Positions 37,985 through 46,813 of a stretch of DNA of 47,080 nucleotides are shown here, in pieces. The stretch is from Promethearchaeota archaeon. Its GTDB lineage: Archaea; Asgardarchaeota; Lokiarchaeia; Sigyniarchaeales; SOKP01. Position numbers and translations under genes: made by a program. The stretch spans positions 1 to 47,080 of the forward strand of contig JAGXNP010000003.1 in the NCBI GenBank assembly GCA_019894885.1, in the 5' to 3' direction. Under the pieces are notes generated by a model. The model did no database searches, was not told where the DNA came from, and saw only the letters and a list, made by a program, of their open reading frames with translations. Positions within the stretch are counted from its first letter, which is position 1, and every line of letters starts with the position of its first letter.

Positions 37985-39250
37985 ATGTATGATTTTATTG
38001 TTATTGGTGCGGGAATATCTGGAACTTCATTTGCATATAAGGCTTCAAAGTTCGCAAAAACTCTTCTTATCGAATCGCAAGATTACCAACGAGAAATCCC
38101 TGTGAGAACTAACATTTTTGCTGAACACAATAAACCTTTTGTTGATGATGTGTTCTGGAACGATGATTCTATCTTTCCAAGACCATTCCTTCAATTGAAT
38201 TATAAAAGTGAAAAACATAATGGACTTTTACATTCAAAGGAGTTTGGAGCACCATTAGGAAAAATTTCTCATACCGAAATATTGATTCAAAAAATCATCG
38301 ATAAATTTAGAGATCAAGGGGGAACTACACTTTTCAATCAAACTGTTTCTAAAGTAGTCAGACACTCAGATCATATTGAAGTTATTAATAATAAAGGAGA
38401 ATCTTTTACTTCTAAACTTTTAGTTTTAGCAACAGGATCTCGGGGTTTTCCTTTGCAAAAATCTCTTGGTTTTCAAACTCCTGATTCGTTTATGGGAATT
38501 TATACTAATATTTACGCTGATGAATCCCTTCTAGAAGAAAATTTCAGTTTCCAATACATGTTTCATTTAAATCCTACTATTAGCCAAAACGGCCCTTTTT
38601 TCTTTAATGTTGGAAAAGGAAGAATTGCAGCCGGATACTTAGGGAATAAAGAAAATCCCGCAGAGCTTAAGGATAAGTTATTTAGAATCCTCAAGAACTA
38701 CCAAAAAATTCAACCTTTTCTAAAAGGCATAACTTGGGACGAATCTATTCCAACTATAAGTGGAGGTATTTCAAAGCATCCAATAAATTCCTTTTCAAAA
38801 GATCGCGTTATTGTGTTAGGGGAAGCAGCAGGATTAGTTACAGCATTTTTTTACGAAGGAATCTTATGTGGATTGGCTAGCGCTGATATTGCAACGAAGT
38901 TATTAAAACCTTTACTCGCAAATGATTCGAATTTTACTAGGGTTGAATTAAAAAAATACGACGATGAGGTCGCTCGAGTGTTATTCACTTATTTTAGAAA
39001 TGGCAATGCCTGCGAATATCTCTTTTATAATGAAAGTTCTTCAACGAAAACATTGTGGGATTCTTATACAAACTTATTAAATACTAATAAAACCGTGAGA
39101 GAATATGTCTACGAAGCACATATTAACCAAGATTTATCAACACATAATACTGATAACGACAGATGGGTTGGAGAAAGGCTTTTCGCTACAATACCTGTTT
39201 TTTCTAAAATGACGCTATGGCCAAAGTTCCTAAAAGCCATGAGTTTTTAG
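37985..39250 (+). CDS. Geranylgeranyl reductase-like FAD oxidoreductase
   Basis: YDFIVIGAGISG, LVLATG, VLGEAAGLVTAFFYEGI. Confidence 0.8.
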   Translation: MYDFIVIGAGISGTSFAYKASKFAKTLLIESQDYQREIPVRTNIFAEHNKPFVDDVFWNDDSIFPRPFLQLNYKSEKHNGLLHSKEFGAPLGKISHTEILIQKIIDKFRDQGGTTLFNQTVSKVVRHSDHIEVINNKGESFTSKLLVLATGSRGFPLQKSLGFQTPDSFMGIYTNIYADESLLEENFSFQYMFHLNPTISQNGPFFFNVGKGRIAAGYLGNKENPAELKDKLFRILKNYQKIQPFLKGITWDESIPTISGGISKHPINSFSKDRVIVLGEAAGLVTAFFYEGILCGLASADIATKLLKPLLANDSNFTRVELKKYDDEVARVLFTYFRNGNACEYLFYNESSSTKTLWDSYTNLLNTNKTVREYVYEAHINQDLSTHNTDNDRWVGERLFATIPVFSKMTLWPKFLKAMSF

Positions 39251-39460
39251 TTTTTATGCTTCTTTATCCTTTTGGTTACTCCTAAATTTTTTCTAGCCTA
39301 TTTCATTGTACTTGTATGTAAAAAAAGTATTTTGTGTCAAAAGAAAAACAATTTTTAAAAAAAAACCCTTTTATATATCATCATTTTTACCACAATATTA
39401 TATTCTAATTTAATTTTGATAACAAAAAACAAAATGTTATAAAAAAATTAGGGATCGTCT

Positions 39461-39952
39461 TTGGCAACAGATTATAGCGTAATATGTAAACTCGGAGGAT
39501 ATGTTAACAGCAATCCAGAACTCATTTCTTCCTATCCGTCACTTGATCAATCATTAAAAACAGAGATTCTACCAAAGTGTTTCCCAATTGGCGCTAAAAC
39601 TGGTGACTTTATCGTCGAAAAATATCGCAAATATGTTGTTTTATCTTATATTTTTAGGGTCAATCAAACAGCAGATAGAGACGATATCTTCTCATTATCA
39701 GTTCTACTTAATAAAAAAGATAAGACAGAAATTTACAAGCCTGTGCTTCAAAGTTTGATAGACAAATTAGAACAGAATGATCTCTTAAACGAGCATGTAT
39801 TAACTAAGAACCAACGAGCTATCTTTGAAGGGATGAACCAAGAAAAGAATGTTACTATTAGTAATGTCTTAATTGATCTTTCTAAAGTTTTTAAAGAAAT
39901 CAAATCTAAAATACTGAAACCAGAAATAAAAGTGAAAGGGAGTTTTTTGTAA
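39461..39952 (+). CDS. uDENN/longin-like protein (candidate GTPase regulator)
   Basis: 'PELISSYP...EILPKCFPIG' resembles the uDENN signature; beta4-loop-beta5 'VLSYIFRVNQTADRDDIFSLSVLL' followed by a helix. Confidence 0.55.
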   Translation: MATDYSVICKLGGYVNSNPELISSYPSLDQSLKTEILPKCFPIGAKTGDFIVEKYRKYVVLSYIFRVNQTADRDDIFSLSVLLNKKDKTEIYKPVLQSLIDKLEQNDLLNEHVLTKNQRAIFEGMNQEKNVTISNVLIDLSKVFKEIKSKILKPEIKVKGSFL

Positions 39953-39953
39953 A

Positions 39954-40595
39954 ATGGCAGAAGATTTTTTTTTATCAAGTCTTGGAATTGTGGCTAATCT
40001 TTCGAGTGCAATATTTATACCTATTGCGACATTAATTTTAGGCAGAAAGCTTCTCAAAGACAAGAAAGAAACGGGAAAATACAATATTATACGATTAATT
40101 ATATTTCTTTCTTTCCTGAACTTCTCGATATTAGCAATCATCGAGTTTCTTTTAAAAAATACCCCGTTAATTCCACCTTTTATAGAAGAATTATATAGCG
40201 CTGAATTCGGTTTCTATAATACATCTGTAGCTATTAGGGTGACCTTAGGTCTTACTTTGATTTTTTATATTAATAGATGGGAAATATTACACTTCTCAGC
40301 TATTTTCTTCTTCATTGGAATGTTATTTCTTTATTTATTTACTGGGTTTTCCGCTTGGCTTGAGAATTACACGATTATTGCAGGAGTTGCAAGCATTCTC
40401 TTTTTATACTTTACGGCATTTCGCATGAAGGACAATGGCGCTCTTAGTATAGCAATCTTTTTCACCCTAACATTTAGTATTCAATTTATTTCTGAAGCAT
40501 TGGTCTCAGAAATAATTATTATAAGTTATGTAGCTTTTGTTGTTATCTTCTCACTGGGATTGTTTAGACCATATAAACAGGAGGTAAATACTTAA
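39954..40595 (+). CDS. 7-TM membrane protein A
   Basis: Seven hydrophobic segments by eye; 1 nt from the upstream stop; paralog of the next gene. Confidence 0.75.
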   Translation: MAEDFFLSSLGIVANLSSAIFIPIATLILGRKLLKDKKETGKYNIIRLIIFLSFLNFSILAIIEFLLKNTPLIPPFIEELYSAEFGFYNTSVAIRVTLGLTLIFYINRWEILHFSAIFFFIGMLFLYLFTGFSAWLENYTIIAGVASILFLYFTAFRMKDNGALSIAIFFTLTFSIQFISEALVSEIIIISYVAFVVIFSLGLFRPYKQEVNT

Positions 40596-40596
40596 T

Positions 40597-41247
40597 ATGG
40601 CGGAGATAGGTTTCTTGTTTATGGAACTCGTTTATTTTACTATGGGGCTGATGACTGTTTTTACTACATTAAAACAATGGAAGATAAATAAAAACAGAAT
40701 GTTAATTGCTGTATCAATATATGTTGCAGCGGTATTGGTAACATCAATCATTGATATTTCAATCTATCTGTTTGACTTTGATATTGATATCCTGATAGCT
40801 GGAGGATTGACAATTGGAATGATTCTCGGGTTCATATTATTTACGATTCAATTAGAATTCATGTTCTATTTAAAGGATTTACCTAAACTATACACTCTTC
40901 CCTTTTTTGCCAGTTTTTATCTTGCATTCGGAAAAGTGTTAGTTGACTCAACAATACCTTTTATAATTTACGCGATGATTGTAAGTTACGGATCTGCCTA
41001 CTTTCTCATCAAAGACGGAAGGAAAAGTCGTAACGGATTAGCAATCGGAATGGGGCTATTCTTTCTCATATGGGGCCTAGGACAGACATTTCAACTTGAG
41101 ACTATAATCATTAGCTTTAGAATAGTTGCAATGGTGGCACTCTTATTAGGTACAAGAGGTTTTTATGAGAAATATGTATTCGTCAATGTAGAAGAAGAAC
41201 AGAAAATAATGGGAACCTGGATTGCAAAATTGGTAGTAAAGGAATAA
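40597..41247 (+). CDS. 7-TM membrane protein B
   Basis: Seven hydrophobic segments; GGAGGT RBS inside the upstream gene; shares 'NG(A/L)xxxxxFF' and 'FY(I/L)xxxxxL' with protein A. Confidence 0.75.
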   Translation: MAEIGFLFMELVYFTMGLMTVFTTLKQWKINKNRMLIAVSIYVAAVLVTSIIDISIYLFDFDIDILIAGGLTIGMILGFILFTIQLEFMFYLKDLPKLYTLPFFASFYLAFGKVLVDSTIPFIIYAMIVSYGSAYFLIKDGRKSRNGLAIGMGLFFLIWGLGQTFQLETIIISFRIVAMVALLLGTRGFYEKYVFVNVEEEQKIMGTWIAKLVVKE

Positions 41248-41511
41248 TAACGATTTTTTTAATTTTTTTCTTTTGCTATTAACCCAATCAGGGATATTAA
41301 TGAAATTTTAATCTAATTTTAGGTTTGTATTTTTACAATAGACTCTTTTTGTTCTACTGAAAAAAAGGAAAATAGGTTCAACAAAAAAATAATTCTGTGA
41401 CAATGTAACAAACAATAACATAAATAATTTCGTTTATAATTATAGTGTGTTATTATAGTTTCAAGATATAAATTATAGTACTATTTCTAAAACAATATAA
41501 GATAGAGTATA

Positions 41512-42408
41512 ATGGGAATTAAAGATATTTTGAAACGAGTATTTACTAAAGAAAAAAAAATTGTTATTACCGGACTTGACAGCGCTGGCAAAACCACCAT
41601 GATTAGTTTTCTACAGAATGGTACCTTTATGGAACATACACCCACAATGGGTAAAGAATTATCTCAAATTGAAGTACAAGGAATTCGTATAAATGTTATG
41701 GATATGGGTGGGCAAAAAGATTTCAGAGATTTATGGATTGGAGAAGCTTCGACTGCTGAGTGTGTAATATTTATGATAGACGCAGGGGCTCGAGAAAGAT
41801 TCAACGAAGCTAAAGACGAGCTATGGAAGTTATCTTCCATTTTTAAGAAGAAACCCCTGATAGTACTAGCAAATAAATACGATCTTCAACCTATTGCCTC
41901 TATTAGTGAAATTATTGCAGCTTTGAATTTGAAAGATTTACCCTCTTTTGAAGTATTACCGATTTCATGTAAAACTGGATATGGAATTGTAAAAGCATTC
42001 ATGAAGATGTACTATAAATTAACTGGTAAGCAACTGACCCAAAAGACAAGCCTTAGAGCTATTACCATTTTTGATCAGGGAGGAATTCCTTTAACATCAT
42101 CCTCAAATAAAGATATATTACAGGGGGGATTATTTACTGCCATTCATAATTTTGTGAGGGAATCTTTTAATTCTGAACTTGATCAACTTAAAATGGGAGA
42201 ACATCTTATCCTATTCAAACGATCGAAACATCTTATGGGCTCAATAATAGTTAATGATAATGATAATGTTGATATCAAAGAAGCAGAGTCAGGATTAAAT
42301 GATTTATTACTCCATTTAGAGCATATGTGTCCTGAGCTCGAGAAAGAACAATTAAATTATGGTAAAATCGAGTATTTAGTGGAACAATACGCTTCAAATC
42401 TGTTCTAA
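41512..42408 (+). CDS. Arf-family small GTPase fused to a C-terminal longin domain
   Basis: MG-amphipathic N-terminal helix, GLDSAGKTT, TPTMG, DMGGQKDFRDLW, VIFMID, NKYD, SCKTG; C-terminal 'AITIFDQGGIPL...GGLFTAIHNFVRE...LKMGEHLILF'. Confidence 0.88.
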   Translation: MGIKDILKRVFTKEKKIVITGLDSAGKTTMISFLQNGTFMEHTPTMGKELSQIEVQGIRINVMDMGGQKDFRDLWIGEASTAECVIFMIDAGARERFNEAKDELWKLSSIFKKKPLIVLANKYDLQPIASISEIIAALNLKDLPSFEVLPISCKTGYGIVKAFMKMYYKLTGKQLTQKTSLRAITIFDQGGIPLTSSSNKDILQGGLFTAIHNFVRESFNSELDQLKMGEHLILFKRSKHLMGSIIVNDNDNVDIKEAESGLNDLLLHLEHMCPELEKEQLNYGKIEYLVEQYASNLF

Positions 42409-42525
42409 ATCCGTTTTTAGCTTTTTTTTTCCAATCTTTTTATTTAATAAAAACTACTTAATCGTTAAATTAGGGTATATTAAAGCTTTTTTCACATTCT
42501 GTTGATGATCATATATGGAAAAGCG

Positions 42526-44883
42526 TTATTTATTATTGAACTTCTCTAATAAACCTTTTTGAAGCTTTTCTATTGACTTTTTAATGTTATCAATAAAAAT
42601 TTTAATCTCTTTTCCAAGATTTGGGTTAATATCAATTGCTTTCTCGAGGTTTTGAAATGCCGCATGGTAATCGTTCTTATCTAAATAGGCGTAACCCATA
42701 AAAAGCCAAGCGAACGCATAATTCGGGTCTATTTCTGTTGCTTTTTTATAGGATTCAATTGCTATATTATATTGTTTCTCGTGTTTATAAGCGTTTGCCA
42801 AATTATAATGGGCTAAAGTATAAGTGGATTCAAATCCAACTGCTATTTTATAAGAATCTATTGCTTTATCAAATTTATTTAATTTTTCGTAACTAAAACC
42901 CATATTGTTCCAAGCTTTTGCGTGATTTGAATTGAGATCAATCGCTTTTTTGAAGTACTCAATCGCGTTTTTATATTCTTTTTTCTCGTTATTTGCGATC
43001 CCGATATAATAATATGCATCGATATGTGTACTATCTAATTCTATCGCTTTATTACAGTCTTGAATCGCTGTATCATAATCTTTCCTTTCAATTTCTAATT
43101 TCGCTTTATTTATCAACTTCAATTTGTATTCGTATTTTATAGCAATTCGATTTTTAAATTCTGGGCTTTTAATTGATTCGTTAATTGTAATGGCACTTTC
43201 AAAGTGTTCAAAAGCATCTTTAAAGCTTTCGCTATCAGCCAATTGAATACCTTGTTCGACTAATAGTTTAATTTTGGAATAAAATACCTCGTCAATAGAT
43301 TTCTTGATCTGCTCCATCTCTTGGAATCTACGCGTAGGGTCATCTATTGTTTTTGCATAATCCATTTTTTTATTTAGTTTATCTAACTCTTTTTCAAATT
43401 TCTGGAGTTCTTCAGATAAATCCCCACGATCTACTAAGTCTTTTAATTCTGCTTGATACACTAAACCTTTTATTTTATTAATTTCTTCTTCCATTTCTTG
43501 AGTTAGGTACATTTTATTAGTCATTTCTAATGCTCTGTTAAAACTTTTAATAGCTTCGTTGTATTTTTTACTCGCCAATTTATCATTTCCCTCCCTAACG
43601 ACTTCATCTATCTGAGCCAAATACACTTTGTTGACTGTATTTTTTAAATCTTCTAAGTCTTCGTTAGTTTCGTCAGAGATTGGTAATCTTTTTGCTACAC
43701 TAATTGCCGCATATAGATCATTAATAGCTTTTTCGTATTCTCGTTGCCCAATTTTTTGAATAGATTTTTCTTTAATAAATTTGATTCGAATTTTGCAAGT
43801 ATTATTAATAGAATTAGTTATTTCCCTTATCTTCTCGCTTTTCTCGTTTGAATCAGGCATTTTATTTGCTAATTCTAAGGATTTGTCAAATAAATCTAAT
43901 GCCTCATTCACTACAACTATATCTTCTTCAAAGTTATCTTTTATAATTAATTCTTTTCCTTTATTAAAGATGGGTTTAATTTTCTCCAAATAGATTGGAT
44001 TTAGCACCATTGATGCGATTGAATTAATTCTTTGTATTTCTGATTTCTTGTAGTCTGTGTCGTACATATTTTTAGAGATACTTACAGCTTCTTCGAATTT
44101 TTGAGCAGCGTCCTCGAAAGTGTTTTCTTCAAATAGTTTTTTACCATCTTCCATGATTACATTTATTTTCTCTGAGTATAAGTGATTAATTAAATTTATT
44201 GAATTCTTTTTATCTGTGTTTTTTAAGTCAGAATCAAAATACTTATCCACTAGTTCCAAAGCATTCTGGTATTCTTCAAGAGCTTTATCAAATTTATTAT
44301 TATCTTTAAATTGGTTAGCAGTTTCAATTAGAGGGGAAACTTTTAATGAATAAGTATGATTAATAGTATCTTCAATTTTTTTAATCATTTGATCTTCTAG
44401 ATCTTCCATGTAAAAATCTTTTGCAGCGTTTAGTGTGTCGTATAGCATACTTATGGCTTTATCTAACTCCTGCTTATTCTTCACTCGGACGGCTTGAAAG
44501 AGAGATTCTTCGATCCTTGTTTTATTTATTAGATAACTAATCTCTTTAACTTCATAATCTCTCAAATCTTTATCTACTATCTTATCAGCAATTCTCGCTG
44601 CTTCGTCGAATGTGTTGAAAGCGGAATCAAAAATTTCATTTTCAATGAATTTTCTTGCCTCGTCAATGATATCAATGATTTTTACAGAATATATTTGGTC
44701 AATTTGGGATTTAATGTTTGCTGTTTCATCTAAGCGCTCCTCTGGTTCTTTAACTGACTCCTCAACGAATTTCAGAGCTTCTAAATACTTTTCAACAGCT
44801 TTATTGTATTCTTTAAGGTTTTTAAATTCATTCCCTTCTTGCATGATGGAATTAAGTTTCTTTAAGTCAGATTTCTTTACCAT
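42526..44883 (-). CDS. Large helical-repeat protein: about 10 three-helix repeats of ~58 aa plus about 5 C-terminal TPRs
   Basis: Repeats of the type 'I..(G/A).......Y..A...Y..A......' with a third helix; canonical TPRs 'AYYYIG', 'AWNNMG', 'AHYNLA', 'AWLFMG'. Confidence 0.85.
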   Translation of the reverse strand: MVKKSDLKKLNSIMQEGNEFKNLKEYNKAVEKYLEALKFVEESVKEPEERLDETANIKSQIDQIYSVKIIDIIDEARKFIENEIFDSAFNTFDEAARIADKIVDKDLRDYEVKEISYLINKTRIEESLFQAVRVKNKQELDKAISMLYDTLNAAKDFYMEDLEDQMIKKIEDTINHTYSLKVSPLIETANQFKDNNKFDKALEEYQNALELVDKYFDSDLKNTDKKNSINLINHLYSEKINVIMEDGKKLFEENTFEDAAQKFEEAVSISKNMYDTDYKKSEIQRINSIASMVLNPIYLEKIKPIFNKGKELIIKDNFEEDIVVVNEALDLFDKSLELANKMPDSNEKSEKIREITNSINNTCKIRIKFIKEKSIQKIGQREYEKAINDLYAAISVAKRLPISDETNEDLEDLKNTVNKVYLAQIDEVVREGNDKLASKKYNEAIKSFNRALEMTNKMYLTQEMEEEINKIKGLVYQAELKDLVDRGDLSEELQKFEKELDKLNKKMDYAKTIDDPTRRFQEMEQIKKSIDEVFYSKIKLLVEQGIQLADSESFKDAFEHFESAITINESIKSPEFKNRIAIKYEYKLKLINKAKLEIERKDYDTAIQDCNKAIELDSTHIDAYYYIGIANNEKKEYKNAIEYFKKAIDLNSNHAKAWNNMGFSYEKLNKFDKAIDSYKIAVGFESTYTLAHYNLANAYKHEKQYNIAIESYKKATEIDPNYAFAWLFMGYAYLDKNDYHAAFQNLEKAIDINPNLGKEIKIFIDNIKKSIEKLQKGLLEKFNNK

Positions 44884-45062
44884 ATTCTATTCGCCTAATC
44901 TATTTAACGAAAACAATTTACATTTTAGCAATTAATCCACTAGAATTATTCTAAATTTTAAAAACTTTTCATATAAATAAAAAGCTCTACAGAAAAATTA
45001 ATTTTTAATTTACTAAATCAATATATATTAGATAAAATAGTTTTTAGTATAGGTGTGTTTGA

Positions 45063-46676
45063 ATGACAACTATGGATAATAAAATACTATATGGTGGAAT
45101 AATAATAACAATAAATAACACTCAACCATATGTAGAAGCTGTAGGAATTAAAGGTGATAAAATTGCTTCTATAGGAACTTTAGAAGAAGTAAAAGTTGAA
45201 ATGGGCGAAAATAGTGAATTAATTCATTTAAAAGGAAAAACATTACTTCCTGGTTTTATAGATTCTCATATTCACGCGATAGGTTCGATATTTTTATTAC
45301 TCTACCCAAGTTTAAAGAACATTAAAAACCTAAAAGATTTACAAAATCTATTAAAAAAAGAAGCATTTTTAAGAGAACCAGATGAATTACTCATAGCTTT
45401 TGATCTTGACGAAGAAAAGCTGGAAAATCCCATAATTCCTACTAAATGGGAATTAGATGAAGCGTGTCCAGATACCCCTGTATTTATTTTTCGGCACGAT
45501 TTGCACATAGGTGTTGCGAATAGCAAATTGTTAGAAATACTAAATATTAACAAAGATACAGTAGCTCCAGAGGGAGGTGAAATCAGAAGAAATTCTAAAG
45601 GAGAAATTACAGGCGTCCTAACTGAAAATGCAATCAACAAAATTCTTGGGGCTATAAGACTTCCAGACTCTAAAATCATTAGAGAGAGCGCTGATAAATT
45701 TTTCTATAGCTTGGCTGAAAAAGGAATAACTTCGATTCATGGCGTGTTAGAGTTAGACCGAAAAGGTGGCGTAGAAAATTTAGGAGGCGTGGCACTACCA
45801 ATTCTAAAATTAATTCAAGAAAATATCCTTCAAAATTATTACGGTATTTTTTTCACTGCTACTCCCAAAAAGATACTTAAAATTAAGAAACCACCGTTAG
45901 ATGAAAAAGATGAATTTAGTAAATTCAAAGTAGGATGCTTAAAAGCTTGGTTAGATGGTTCATTTGGGGCATATACTGCCTGTTTATTCGAACCTTTCAC
46001 GAATCAACCAGAAAATTCTGGCTATTGCGTAATAGAAGAAACTATCCTTTACGAAAGGATGGTAAAAGCACATAATGTGGGGCTTCAAATTGCTATCCAC
46101 GCTATTGGTGATAAAGCTAATAAATTGGTTGTTGATCTTTACGAGAAATTATTAGAAGAAAATCCTAGGGATAATCATAGACATCGAATAGAACACGCTT
46201 CCATGCTTACTCCTGAGGTTATTAAAAGAATAAAGAAATTAAACTTGATCGCTTCGTGTCAACCAACATTCATTCTTTCTGAGTTTAACTGGCTAGAGAA
46301 AAGATTTGGGGCTAATAGATGTAAAATTACTTATCCGTTTAAATCGCTTGTTGATGCAGGTATAGTAATAGCGTCTGGTTCCGATGGTCCAGTTGAAGAT
46401 CCAAATCCGATATTAGGACTTCACGCAATGGTAAACAGAGAAGGATTTGTTCCTGAGGAGTCAATCTCTATTGAGGAAGCGTTAAAAACATATACAATTA
46501 ATGGTGCTTATGCTGCTTTTGAAGAAGATGTGAAGGGAAGTATAGAAGTAGGAAAACTGGCTGACTTCGCGATTTTAGATAGAAACCCCCTAGAGATACC
46601 AAAGGATGAGATTAAGCAAATCCAAGTAGTAGAAACTATTATTAGAGGCAAAACTGTCTACAAAATGCAAAGTTAA
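45063..46676 (+). CDS. Amidohydrolase-3 (YtcJ-like) metal-dependent hydrolase
   Basis: LPGFIDSHIH, LDGSFGA, IHAIGD, RHRIEHA, GSDGP, GSIEVGKLADF. Confidence 0.92.
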   Translation: MTTMDNKILYGGIIITINNTQPYVEAVGIKGDKIASIGTLEEVKVEMGENSELIHLKGKTLLPGFIDSHIHAIGSIFLLLYPSLKNIKNLKDLQNLLKKEAFLREPDELLIAFDLDEEKLENPIIPTKWELDEACPDTPVFIFRHDLHIGVANSKLLEILNINKDTVAPEGGEIRRNSKGEITGVLTENAINKILGAIRLPDSKIIRESADKFFYSLAEKGITSIHGVLELDRKGGVENLGGVALPILKLIQENILQNYYGIFFTATPKKILKIKKPPLDEKDEFSKFKVGCLKAWLDGSFGAYTACLFEPFTNQPENSGYCVIEETILYERMVKAHNVGLQIAIHAIGDKANKLVVDLYEKLLEENPRDNHRHRIEHASMLTPEVIKRIKKLNLIASCQPTFILSEFNWLEKRFGANRCKITYPFKSLVDAGIVIASGSDGPVEDPNPILGLHAMVNREGFVPEESISIEEALKTYTINGAYAAFEEDVKGSIEVGKLADFAILDRNPLEIPKDEIKQIQVVETIIRGKTVYKMQS

Positions 46677-46813
46677 AACTTCCAGAAAATTCTCTAGCTA
46701 GTCGAGTTTTTCTTCTAGAAAGACCTATTTATTTATTCAAATATTCTTATTCCTCGCAGGAAGTATCATCCATTAACTATAATTTTATTAATGGACTCAT
46801 CTACAAAAGATAA

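Noticed and set aside
39954-41247. Microbial rhodopsin or true GPCR assignment for the 7-TM pair
   Set aside because: No retinal-binding Lys motif in TM7 and no GPCR motifs seen; a 7-TM count alone does not show homology.
43781-45679. Short track ORFs 43781..43993, 44612..44935 and 45302..45679 (and similar 60-125 aa ORFs elsewhere)
   Set aside because: Antisense or overlapping shadows of well-supported longer genes.
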